The position numbers and the translations under genes are program-made. Below are positions 13,401 to 26,337 of a DNA stretch of 60,497 nucleotides, piece by piece (the stretch's first letter is position 1; the number at the start of each line of letters is the position of its first letter). The notes below the pieces were generated by a model, which was given only the letters and a program-made list of their open reading frames with translations, was not told where the DNA came from and made no database searches. This DNA is from Octopus bimaculoides. Its lineage: Eukaryota. The stretch lies in NCBI RefSeq assembly GCF_001194135.2, contig NC_068982.1, forward strand, positions 166,693,567-166,754,063. Direction: 5' to 3'.

Positions 13401-16400
13401 TTTAATAACTGTGGGTACTGGAGTTTATCTAATAAAATGCTTTACAAACATAGAGAGAAGAGAGTATTGATCAGATAAATCTACCTGTTTAAGAAAGATT
13501 ATTGTAAAGCAGAAAAGGTATTGATAATTGTATGTACAGAAATCTATTATTTATTGTAGAATATTGTAGCATTAGAAAAAAAGAGATTTGATAATTGTGG
13601 GTACTGGATCTCATATAGTAAAATGCATTGTAAATATATAGAGAAGAGAGTCTTAGCCATGTAAGTACATGTATCTTTTTAAAACAAATTATGGCAGAAT
13701 CTTTAGAGAGCCTGACAAAATATCTTGTAGTTGTTCTGAGTTCAAAGCCAGCTAGGGTGAACTTCTTGACTTTTATCCTTCCAGAGTCAGTAGTGTAAAG
13801 AACTGGTCCAGGGCAGTGGATTGTCAGAGTTGTCTGAGTATTGGACAAAATGCTTTGCAGTATTTGTTGAGATTTCTGATGAGTGTGATAAACTTGCTTG
13901 TATTTAAGCTGACAAGATAGTAGCTTGTGAAAAATACTTAAAAGAAGGTAATAGGCAACCCCCAGCATTTGGCACTAAACAAAAAATGTCACCGGGAATT
14001 ATTCATCAATTTGACAGTAAAAGGAAGGAATTATAATGATTTGATGTCTAAATGACTGTGATGAGTTGTTAACAAAGTTATAATTGTCTACTTTATCAGC
14101 CTCATCTTGAGAGTGTTCTCTGATCATCTTCAGATGTCTTATTCCCGGGTGTGTATATAGTTGGAGGCAGTATTTGAATTAGGAACATTTATTTCTTAAT
14201 AAAAACTGGAGAAATAAATCTATCTAACAAAAGAACTATTCCAAACTTTGGGATAGAACTATCAATGTAAGTACAGAAACCAATATTAATAAGAATAATT
14301 AAAGAATCCTGATGATCAGTCAAAGACTAAAGAGTTTGTAATTTACCACCATCAACCATGTAATCTATCTTTATTTAAAACTTTTAAATCTCCATGGATC
14401 AGTCCAACTAGTTATAATGGGTGTTTTAAAAAGGTATGTTATAAGATTGCATTAGATAATTACTGATTGTTTCTTTAACTAGCTGTACTAAGTTTAACAC
14501 GTTTCATTACTAAAACCATTTGATATTATAAGCAAGTAACATCTGCTTACCATAAAAAAAAAAAAGCAATGAATTCATTAAATGTAATACAACCATGGAA
14601 GTGAATGCAAGCTTTGGAAAGAATGGAGAGAAAAAAAAAATAGAAATAATACATTTCTAAATCTCTCAGAGAGATTTATACAGTAGTAACACTATAAAGT
14701 GGTGGTATGTTGTCAACTTAATGTGACAGTCCCATGAAAGGGAAGAGTACTATTAATTTATGCAGTGTAATCTGAAATGATATCAAAAATATTACAATTT
14801 CAAAAGAGTGTTTTAAAGGGAATTGTAAATACTTGATCTCTTCAATTAAAATTGTTATAGTGTTTAACAGGGAATTCTTCAAGAACTAATATTTGTTTCA
14901 TGAAGAGCATTATATTGTTTAATACATATCATTGGTGGGTGGGAAGAGGTCATTACAAGATTTAATAAGTGTTGCTTTGGGGAGAATTGCAAGATAAACA
15001 AGGGTCACTGTTAGTATCTAAATATCTGGACAAATTAATCATTTCACTGGTTGAAAAATGATCAGATCAAATATAGTTTATTGATATTGTTTCACATCAG
15101 TAAGAAAGTCACTTAACTGTCAGTGAACATTCCTTATTACTCTTAGGTTCTGTAAAGGTGGCAAGTTGGCAGAATTGTTTGCACACCAAATAAAATCCTT
15201 GCCAGCAGTTCTTTTGGCTCTTGACCTTCTGAAAAATCAAATAACACTGGGGTTGACATTTGCCTTACATCCTTTCAGGGTCAATAAAATAAGTACCAGT
15301 TAAGCACTGGGGTTGATGTAATTGACAAGTCCCTTCCCATAAAGTTTCAAGCCTTGCATCTATAGTAGAAGGGATTATTAGGTTCTGTAAAGATGGTAAG
15401 CTGGCAGAATCATAAACACACCATATTCAGAATCATAAGCACACACAAAAGGCGGTGAGCTGGCAGAATCGTTAGCACGCCACGCGAAATGCTTAGCGGT
15501 ATTTCGTCTGCTGCTACATTCTGAGTTCAAATTCCACCGAGGTCGACTTTGCCTTTCATCCTTTCGAGGTCGATTAAATAAGTACCAGTTATGCACTGTG
15601 GTCGATGTAATCGACTTAATCTGTTTGTTTGTCCCCTCTGTATGTAGCCCCTTGTGGGCAGTAAAGAAATAAGAATCTTAAGCACACCATATAAAATGCT
15701 TAGCAGCGTTTTGTCTGGCTCTTTAATGGTCTGAGGTCAAATACCACTGAGGTCAGATTTGCTTTCATCCTTTCAGGGCCAATAAAATTAGTACCAATTA
15801 ATTAATGGTGTCAATATAATTAACTAGCTCCCTTCTCTAAAATTTCAAGCCTTGTACCTATAATAGAAAGAATTATTAGGTTCTCTACGAGACTGATAGA
15901 TTGGCAGAATCATTATAGCATTGGACAAGATGCCTCACAATATTTTTTCTGGCTCTTTATGCTCTGAGTTCAAATCCTGCCAACAACAAAATTGTCTTTC
16001 ATCCTTTTGGGATTCTATGAAATAAAGTATTGGTCAAGTATTGAGGGTGATATAAACAATTAGCCCCTTTCCCTTAAAATTGCTGGTCTTGTTCCTAAAT
16101 TAGAAATTATTATTAACTGGGTTCTGTGTTTATTAAGAAGTGTTTCTAAGGAAGAATCCAAAACAAAGGTTTAGGAAAAAAAATAGAGAGTTTTAAGAAT
16201 TTAACCCTTTAGCATTCAGGTTACTCTGCCAAATTGAACGCTTACTTCATAACATTGTTTTGAATTAATCTTACATAATTTCATAGCTTTCATATTTCAA
16301 TGATGTGAGCATTTATTTTTAAAATGATATTGTAGGATAAGTGTAAGAGGCTGGATCTGACTAGTTTGAACATAAAACGGGTAGTATATTTTGGCCAGAT

Positions 16401-16715
16401 ATGTTTAAATGCTAAAGGGCTAATCAGTACACCAATAATCACGCTAGGCGTCTCGTGTCAAGGGAGATAACTGGTATAGTTATTTCACGTCTATCGTCCT
16501 TGCTTCCAGGTATGTATGATAGCTAAATAAAAACAAAACAAATTGGGAGCATTACATATCGATCAGTTCGTTACTTGCACTGTTGATCTGAAGTTGTCTT
16601 ATGAAACTTGATGAAGTGTCATGGATTGAGCTTGATTTGTGGGAAGCAGTGTTTCAGTTTTATTATGATTGTGTGAGGTAAAGTGAGAAAATACGGTTTA
16701 GCCATTAAAGAATGC

Positions 16716-16782
<67 letters not shown>

Positions 16783-16883
16783 NNNNNNNNNNNNNNNNNN
16801 NNNNNNNNNNNNNNNNNNNNNNNNNNNNNNNNNNNNNNNNNNNNNNNNNNNNNNNNNNNNNNNNNNNNNNNNNNNNNNNNNNN

Positions 16884-16956
<73 letters not shown>

Positions 16957-19900
16957 ATAGCTCTCACATATTGTTGCCATACATTTGGGTTTATCAGCAG
17001 AAATGTTATATTTCTAATTGTCCTTCAATTTCAGTGCCAGTCATTTTGAAAAAAGCCATTCCACAGACGTCAAAAACTATTGAGAGAGATATCCACAATA
17101 CAAGTGAATACATAGATAAGTACACCTGTGAGTAACAACTATTTCTAATAAGAATCAGTAGTAGATTGGATTCTCTATGCAGATTGCTTGATCTGTTAAA
17201 TTTTGATGTTGGTAGGATTTGAACTCAGAGCATAAAGAGCTAAATAGAATCATTGATTTGACCTTTTGAAATCAGAAGTATCTATTTATGGTTAAACAAT
17301 CCTATTATCTTCAGTGGTTGGAGAGAGTGGAAGTTATGAATAATTTCCTTTTCTAAGGATAAGAGTGGAGTAAGTGAAGTAACAATGACCAGGAATTGAA
17401 CTTAGTGAAGTAGCTATGACCAGGTCTTGAACTTAGCTCTACTGAGGGCTTTACCATGTAAATTTCTGTGCTGATTCATCAACGCATTTATGTATGCATG
17501 CATAAGAGAAATGAAGCCCTTGGTGCCCCCAAAATGTGACCAAAAATGCAGACCATGTCATATTTTTGTGGAAAACATCACACGTGATTAGCAGCTGACC
17601 AAAAATGTCATCAAAGTACTACCTCCTCATGTAAATAACGTTGTCACTGAAATAATATACAATGCCATTTGATAAAATGGCATTGGAATAAACATAGAGG
17701 ATTCCTGTATTATTGAATACATATATAAACATCAACAAGGAATATTGGTAAAATATTCCCATCAAGCCTTCACTCATGTGTAAACATAACAAACTGGACA
17801 TTGCTGCTTGGGATAAACAAGAAACAGTATGAACTTTCATAGAGGCCAGCTGCCCTTTGATGTGAAAATCTCTTCAAAAATCAAAAAGAGAGAAGATAAT
17901 TACAGACAATTGCTTTGAACCTCGAGCTATAAATTCCTGACTATAAATTCACATTTATACCAATAATTAGTACACTAGATTTTGTGAGTAAATGCCTAAG
18001 TGACAATCTGGATAAGCTAGAGTTTGCAGAAAAAGAAATCAGCCAGCTATTTTGCACATTGAAAATACAATCTGTAAATGGAACAGTAATAATATACAAG
18101 ACTTTTCTCAAGTTTATAGTGTGATATTGTTTTTGTCATTTACATTTCAATGAATGAGCTTTATATCTTTGTTAGAAACCAGTCCTTCTTTGCAGGAAGA
18201 TTCCAAATAATGTATATGCATTAACACACATACATACATTCATACATACATAAGTATATATATATATGTACATACATACGTATTTATGTACATAGGTACG
18301 TATGTACATAAATATGTATGTATGTTAATGCATATACATTATGTATGTACATATGTATGTACTTATATACATACATACATACTTACATACATACATACAT
18401 ACATACAAACATATATACATTCATTCAAGGGGTGAGAGTACCTTGTGGTATTTGTTCTAGCTCTCTGTGCACACAGTTCAAATTATTTCAAGGTAAGCTT
18501 TACCTTTCTTCTTTTCAGGAAGATAAAATAAAGCACACATCCAGAGCAGTGGATTGGTGGAATTGTTAGTGTTTAGACAAGATGTCATGTGGTTTTTACT
18601 TTGGTTCTTTCCTGTCTGAGTTCTTGGATGGTAGGCTTAATCTGTTACTAGTTTGACATTACATCCTGCTCCTTGGGTGCCTTTAATAGAGATCATTCTA
18701 TTGCAAGCATTGGAGTGATCTCTCTGGTATAAGAATAACTTTACCATTACCTTCCATCAGTCTCAGAGGGCATGAAAAAAAAATAAAGGATAATTAGTGT
18801 TATCCTTCCCTCTCGACATGGTAAAAACAAATCACCTAGCAAGATACTTTTTGTGGGGTGGGCTTAGTATAAAGGAAAAGTGTGGATGTCTAAGTGGATA
18901 GGACCAAGTGATACAGACATCCTGTTATTGTTGCTGCATGTGTACATGGCCAAGATCCTTAGATCTAATATATACAGATAGTGATATAAATCACTGTGGT
19001 AATCAATGCTACACTTGGGAATTGACTTGAATTGATTCATAGGCTTATAGTGCTGACTTGGCTTATCTCATGATCCTGTAACAAAAGATTATTATATTAG
19101 ACCAGCATCCTATCCAGGGGAAAATTTTTCTCTCATCTTATGAAAGTTATAAGATAAATGTAGACCATATGGATTCTTCTGATTTTGAAAAGAATAAAGA
19201 AAATGGTATGAAGGTGTTGAATGAGTTACACTGTGTTACAAACATTGTACAAAGAACACACACACACACACAAAATGGAGTAAGCTGTCAAAATTATCTG
19301 TAAAGTTTGAATAGTATCTTATTTGCTATTCAAAAGGCCGAGTGAACTTGATAGTGAATTATTAATTTATAGATCTTGAATTCAAATCTACTGTATCTGT
19401 AAATTGCATTTGATTCTACATACCCATTTCACCAAGTTATTGAGAATAGGTACCAGATCATATGAAAGTACTATCTACTATAGTCTAAAATCTTCTCAAG
19501 ATGAATACTTGTCTCTTATTTGCTCAGTGCCATGGATCCAAAGCTAAGCTGAGGATCTTAAATGAATTTTGTGGTCCTTTGGAAACATTTAGATTTCTTG
19601 TATTAATGCCTTATCTGAGGAATGTAGTAATGTCTTTTTTAAGTTATCACTCCTTTTACTTATATGCTTGCATGTAACTGATGTTGTTTTGATGTTACTA
19701 TTGTTAATCATATACACATTTGCAATTTCGACCATTGTTTTTACTGCTTGCTTTCATATTTACAGCTATTCTTCATCATTTTCTGGACCAAAAGCAAGAT
19801 AAAGTAACTCCTACTCAGTTGACTCTGATGAAACAATCATTAATCAATGTTCGTCAATTGGAATCATTTTTGAACGCCATTATGGTTAGTTAAGTTTACT

Positions 19901-22900
19901 GAGTAAACATCCATTCTTACTTATAAGGAGTTTTATGTTGTTTTGAAGACTGAGTTATGAATCACATGAGTGAATCCAGCATCAGAAATAACAAAAAAAT
20001 ATCTATTTCTTGTTTATTGCTACTGTTGCAGGTTAAAGAAGAAACTGGTATGCTGTTACTTTATTTATTCAATCTAAGAGATGAATATATATCAATAAAA
20101 ATACTGTTATTTCAAACAGGCATCACATTGTTCAAGATTTAAATCGGTGCTTGAACATAAACATGAATACTTCCCAAAACACAGACTATTTAAGGGTCAA
20201 TGATTTGCTAGCTCTTGTTTTTTGATGTTAAGTAGTGATATGCAAGGGTCAGCTGAGAAGCTCACAGGCTGACCAAAATATTCTCATAGAATGTGACTAA
20301 ATGAGGTTTATTTTTCAACACATTCCCCTTGTGGCCCTCCACACTTCTTCCATTAAGTTTTGCAGTGTTTGGATCCCATTGGTGAAGAAGCTTTCATCCT
20401 GTTCATCAAAAAAGTCATTGACAGCAGACATGATGTCATCATCACTTCAATACTTGTTCCTGGTCGAGTGTTTTTCCATGTTGGAGAACAGGTGATAATC
20501 AGATGGGGCCAAATCAGGAGAATAGGGAGGATGATCAACTAGTTCAAAGCCACAGTCATGCGCAGCAGCCATTGAAAGCAAGGACTTGTCAGTTTCCCTG
20601 AATGTTTGGTCTTGATAGCCTTTCATAATTGCCTCAGCAAGTTGGCATACTACTTGCTATTGATAGTGTGGCCCTTTCAATAAACACAATACTCAATAAA
20701 CACAATGCATTTTGTATCCCCTAAAACTGAGGCCACCACCTTCCCTGTAGAAGAAACGACCTTGGCCTTCTTTGGAACAGGAGAGGAGGGGTATTTCTAC
20801 TGCATGGATTACCTCTTTGTCTCTGACTCAAAGTGATGAACCCAACACTCATGCTGGCTTAGGAAACATTTGAGGAAACCAGCTGGATCTACCTCACACA
20901 ATATCAGATTTTCCTGTGATGTGATCAGCCTGGTGCACTTGGTTATCTAGTTTATAGTCAATCACTTGTTATCCTTCACCATGTGGTGAACATGATCAAT
21001 ATTTTCTTTAGTGGTGGAAATTTCAGGACGTCTAGACCTTGGGTCATCTTCAAGTCTCTCCCTTCCCCTCCCAAATTCAGCTGCCCACTTTTGCACTATC
21101 AATGAAGCTGGAATATCATTCTGTAATGTAGCAACCATGTCAGCATGAATGTTCTTGTGAGTTAAACCCTTTCTCTGCAGGTACTTGATAACACCATGTT
21201 GCCAAATTTTGTCCATTTTCAAGAATTGCTACAATTCAAGAAGAATTGCTACATTGAACAGCCAGGTGTCAGTTTATCTGGAAAGAAACAATGAAGTTAT
21301 TAATAAGAAGAACTGAAATTAATGTATGCAAGTGTTCACAGCTCTAGCATCACTCCTTCATAGTCAGCCTTTGAACTTTTCGACTAACCCTCATATAAAC
21401 CTTTCCCCTATCCCAGGTAGCATTTCATGATGACATTATTAATTGTTTCTCACAGCTAGTTTAACTAAGGCAATGTGGAGTAGAGTGTTCTGTGCATAGA
21501 AACAATGAATTACTTGTAGTGGATTTGAACTCCTGATCTTCACCATTCTGCCACTTCAGTATGTGGTGAGATTTTTTTTGTAATGAATTTTTTTATGTTG
21601 TTGTTGTTTTCATTCCTAAGTCATCTTTAACTGAGCTGACCTATTTTCAAAGATGTTCCAACCAGAGTGATCCTATCTTGTATATCTTGGACTACATTAT
21701 CCATTGTGTTTTTTCCTCTTCTAAAAACAATAGAGCATGGTTTAAAAGAGATTTGGCTGCTATTTCACCATGTTGAACAACCACACAGCCAGCACAATAC
21801 AAGTCCTCCCTGACTTTGTCAAGAAGCTCCACTGGAATCTTGATTCATAATGGTTATTAGCTGGTAGGGCCTTGTAGGGCAGTGCTTCTCAACAGGGTTC
21901 ACATGACCCTTGAAGATCCATATAAGATTTTTTGTTATAATTTATGTCCAATAAATTGGTTATACTTCTACAATAAACAAAATATTTTAACACTTTTTTA
22001 TACAATTCCTAATAATATTTAAATATAAAGATATAATATGATTTTTTTAAACATCAAAAGGTGATAGTAGTATGTATTCAATAAAATAAAATAGAAAATC
22101 AAAGAGGTTCATAGGTAAAAATGGTTGAGAAACACTGTTGTAAGGGGTTGAACTGAGAAGTATTCTGCTTGGAGCATCAGAAGGGGAGGCAGTGTTTCTC
22201 CTCTCAAATAACAGCAATACTTGGTATTTATCATTGTTTTTTTGTGGTGTTGTTTTGTAATTAATAGTTTTGTTGCTACTGCTATTGTTGAGCAGCCCTG
22301 TTAGCACTATCTTAGCTGAGATATAGTATGAATGGAGATACTCAATGAAACACTTGTAATCAAGCTACAGGTCCGGCAGCCTTTATATACAGGGTGCACT
22401 AGGTACATTGTTGCCATTTTATATTTTTATTTTTGTGCTTACACATTGTTTGGTTTTGATTTTGTCAACTACACAGTATAGTAGGGTCAGTTGTGCACCG
22501 TCTGTGAGAAAAACAGCACCATGATGCAATTCACTCTGCCAGAAATTTGGAAATGACATGCTGTACTGCTTGGCATTCATGCCAGAAACTCCAATATAAA
22601 CATTTCAGAGTTTTGGGGTGTTAGTCTGAGGACAGTGCAGTCTCAAGACATGTACAGAGAGTGATAAAAATCAAACATCCATTCAACATCATTATGTTGA
22701 ATGGCGGTTTGATTTCTTTCAATTGAAAGTGGAAGATGGAAAAGTAATGATACTCTGGTACTATGATTTTCAGACGGATTGTGTAATTGAACACCGTCAG
22801 CTGGATATTGTCATATTGAATAAGAGAGACAAATACTGTCAGATCATTGATGTAGCCATACTAAATGACATGAATATTGTAAGTAAAGAAGTTGAAAAAA

Positions 22901-24251
22901 TCTCCAAGAACTCTGAATTGAAAGTGGAAATGGCAAGACTATATGGAATGCGAGAAGGTAAAGTAAAAGTGAAACGACTGGTGATCGGAATGTTGGGCTC
23001 AATCCCATTGAAACTTCATGACTCCTTAAGGCAACTGGAAATCCCATGCAAGATTGATGTCTTGCAAAAGGCAGCCTTATTGGGCACAGCACACACCTTA
23101 AGGAAAATATCTGTCTGAGGTCCTTGTTGTGACTTGACAGATGACTAAAGACTCCAGTGCATTTTTACACTGTGTTATGAAGGAATAATAATAACAATAA
23201 TAATAACAATCATCATCATCATCATCATCATCATTTAATGTCTGTCTTACATGCTGGCATGGGTTTAGATAGTAAACCAGAAGACTCTGCCAAGTTCCAC
23301 TGTCTGTTTTGGCATGCTTTTTACAAGTTGGATGCCCTTCCCAAAATAAATCACTTTACAGATATAATAATAATGATGAGGAAAAGGGTGGAAAATTTTT
23401 TTTTTTTAATTTGCACAAGGCCAGCAGTTTTTGAGGAAAGGGTGTTAGTCAATATCATTTACTCTAGTACTTGACTGGTACTTTATTTTATCAACTCCAA
23501 AGAGGTGAAAAATTGAATTTCGCAGGATTTAAACATAGAAGGTAAAGAGCTGGAACAAATACTGCAAAGCGATTTGTTTGCCAATAATAACCCTTTCTGC
23601 TATAGGAATAGGGCCTGAAATTTTTGTGGGAGGAGGTAAGTCAATTACATCGACCCCAGTGCTTGACCGGTACTTGTTTCACCAACCGGAAAAAAAAAAA
23701 TGACAAAGTTGACCTTGGCAGAATTTGAACTCAGAACGTAGCGACAGGCAAAATACTGCTTAGCATTTCATCCGGTGTGCTAATGATTCTGCCAGTTCAC
23801 CACCTTTGTTATTGGTTGCCAATAATAATGATAATAATAATAATTGTTTCCAATTTTAGCACAAGGTCAGTAATTTTATGGGGAGAAAGTTAGTTGATTA
23901 CATTAACCCATTTGCTCAACCCTGAAAGAAAAAAAGGCGAAGTTGACTTTCACATGATTTGAACTCAAAATGCTGCTAAGCATTTTGTCTGATACTAAAG
24001 ATTATGCCTGCTAACCACCTTAAATATAATATTATTCCTTTCTGCTATAGGGACAAGGCCTGAAATTTGGGGGAGGGGGATAGTTGATTACATCAACCCC
24101 AGTACTCAACTGGTATTTATTTTATCAACTCCCAAAAGGATGAAAGGTAAAGTCAACCTTGGTAGAATTTGAACTCAGAACATAGTGGCAGACGAAAAAC
24201 TGCTAAGCATTTCGCGTGGCATGCTAACGATTCTGCCAGCTGGCGACCTTC

Positions 24252-24346
<95 letters not shown>

Positions 24347-24962
24347 TAAATACCAGGAAATCCCCCCAAAAAGGAAGAAATTTTAAAAAAATAGTGCTCA
24401 TGGGTACTACTCCTACAAAAAATAATATTGTCTATGTAATCCCCCAAAACATTTTAATCTGTAAATATTGTCAAAAATACTTTTAAATGTATATAACAAA
24501 CTTCTAATTTTCTTGTTTTTGACAGACATTGTCTAGAACAATACTCTGTGCAAAACCAAATACATGGCACACTAGTCATAAGACCAACTTGAACTTCTAG
24601 CTTGTCTTGCGGTCTCTGGGTGAGACTTGGAGTCAGTTTGTACAAATACAAAGCAAAAGCCAAACATATAATACTACTACTACTACTAATAATAATAATA
24701 ATAATAATAATAATCCTTTCTACTAAAGGCACAAGGCCTGAAATTTTTGGGGAGAGGTTAAGTCAATTACATTGATTCAAGTATTCTAGTATTCTGCTGG
24801 TACTTAATTTATTGACCCTGAAAGGATGAAAGGTAAAGTCAACCTCAGAAGAATTTGAACTTAGAATATAAAGATACAAAATGCTGCTAAGCATTTTGCC
24901 CAGTGTGCTAACAATTTTGCCAGCTCGCTACCTTAAATAACAACAACAACAACAACAACAAC

Positions 24963-25020
<58 letters not shown>

Positions 25021-26303
25021 TGCCAAAGCAACCCTGAAAAGAGGAAAATTAGTTAAAAGTAGCAATATAACACTAGATAAAGCCAATGAAATAAGAGAAC
25101 TAGACGAAAGCCAATCATATAAGTATTTAGGAGTCAATGAACTAGATAGGATACAACATACACAAATGAAAGAAAAAATAAAGAAAGAGTACTATAGACG
25201 AGTTAGATCAATACTAAAAACAAAGCTCAATGCTAAAAACAAGATAATGGGTATCAACACTTNNNNNNNNNNNNNNNNNNNNNNNNNNNNNNNNNNNNNN
25301 NNNNNNNNNNNNNNNNNNNNNNNNNNNNNNNNNNNNNNNNNNNNNNNNNNNNNNNNNNNNNNNNNNNNNNNNNNNNNNNNNNNNNNNNNNNNNNNNNNNN
25401 NNNNNNNNNNNNNNNNNNNNNNNNNNNNNNNNNNNNNNNNNNNNNNNNNNNNNNNNNNNNNNNNNNNNNNNNNNNNNNNNNNNNNNNNNNNNNNNNNNNN
25501 NNNNNNNNNNNNNNNNNNNNNNNNNNNNNNNNNNNNNNNNNNNNNNNNNNNNNNNNNNNNNNNNNNNNNNNNNNNNNNNNNNNNNNNNNNNNNNNNNNNN
25601 NNNNNNNNNNNNNNNNNNNNNNNNNNNNNNNNNNNNNNNNNNNNNNNNNNNNNNNNNNNNNNNNNNNNNNNNNNNNNNNNNNNNNNNNNNNNNNNNNNNN
25701 NNNNNNNNNNNNNNNNNNNNNNNNNNNNNNNNNNNNNNNNNNNNNNNNNNNNNNNNNNNNNNNNNNNNNNNNNNNNNNNNNNNNNNNNNNNNNNNNNNNN
25801 NNNNNNNNNNNNNNNNNNNNNNNNNNNNNNNNNNNNNNNNNNNNNNNNNNNNNNNNNNNNNNNNNNNNNNNNNNNNNNNNNNNNNNNNNNNNNNNNNNNN
25901 NNNNNNNNNNNNNNNNNNNNNNNNNNNNNNNNNNNNNNNNNNNNNNNNNNNNNNNNNNNNNNNNNNNNNNNNNNNNNNNNNNNNNNNNNNNNNNNNNNNN
26001 NNNNNNNNNNNNNNNNNNNNNNNNNNNNNNNNNNNNNNNNNNNNNNNNNNNNNNNNNNNNNNNNNNNNNNNNNNNNNNNNNNNNNNNNNNNNNNNNNNNN
26101 NNNNNNNNNNNNNNNNNNNNNNNNNNNNNNNNNNNNNNNNNNNNNNNNNNNNNNNNNNNNNNNNNNNNNNNNNGCACACATTCTACGCAAAACACTTTCA
26201 ATACAGTAAACATAAGAGCACCACAGCAAACCACAGCACATACCCAAGGCGCACAGAGCTGCGCTCGGTAGTGAAGTGAAAGCACGTTATAAAAATAAAA
26301 CTA

Positions 26304-26337
<34 letters not shown>

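Noticed and set aside
17660-17685. Perfect 11-bp hairpin caatgccattt-gata-aaatggcattg
   Set aside because: Too short for a miRNA precursor and inside a decayed LINE; likely a template-switch mutation.
20241-21393. Domesticated (SETMAR-like) or active transposase among the three mariners
   Set aside because: All three carry stops, frameshifts or deletions, and none is spliced into an open frame.
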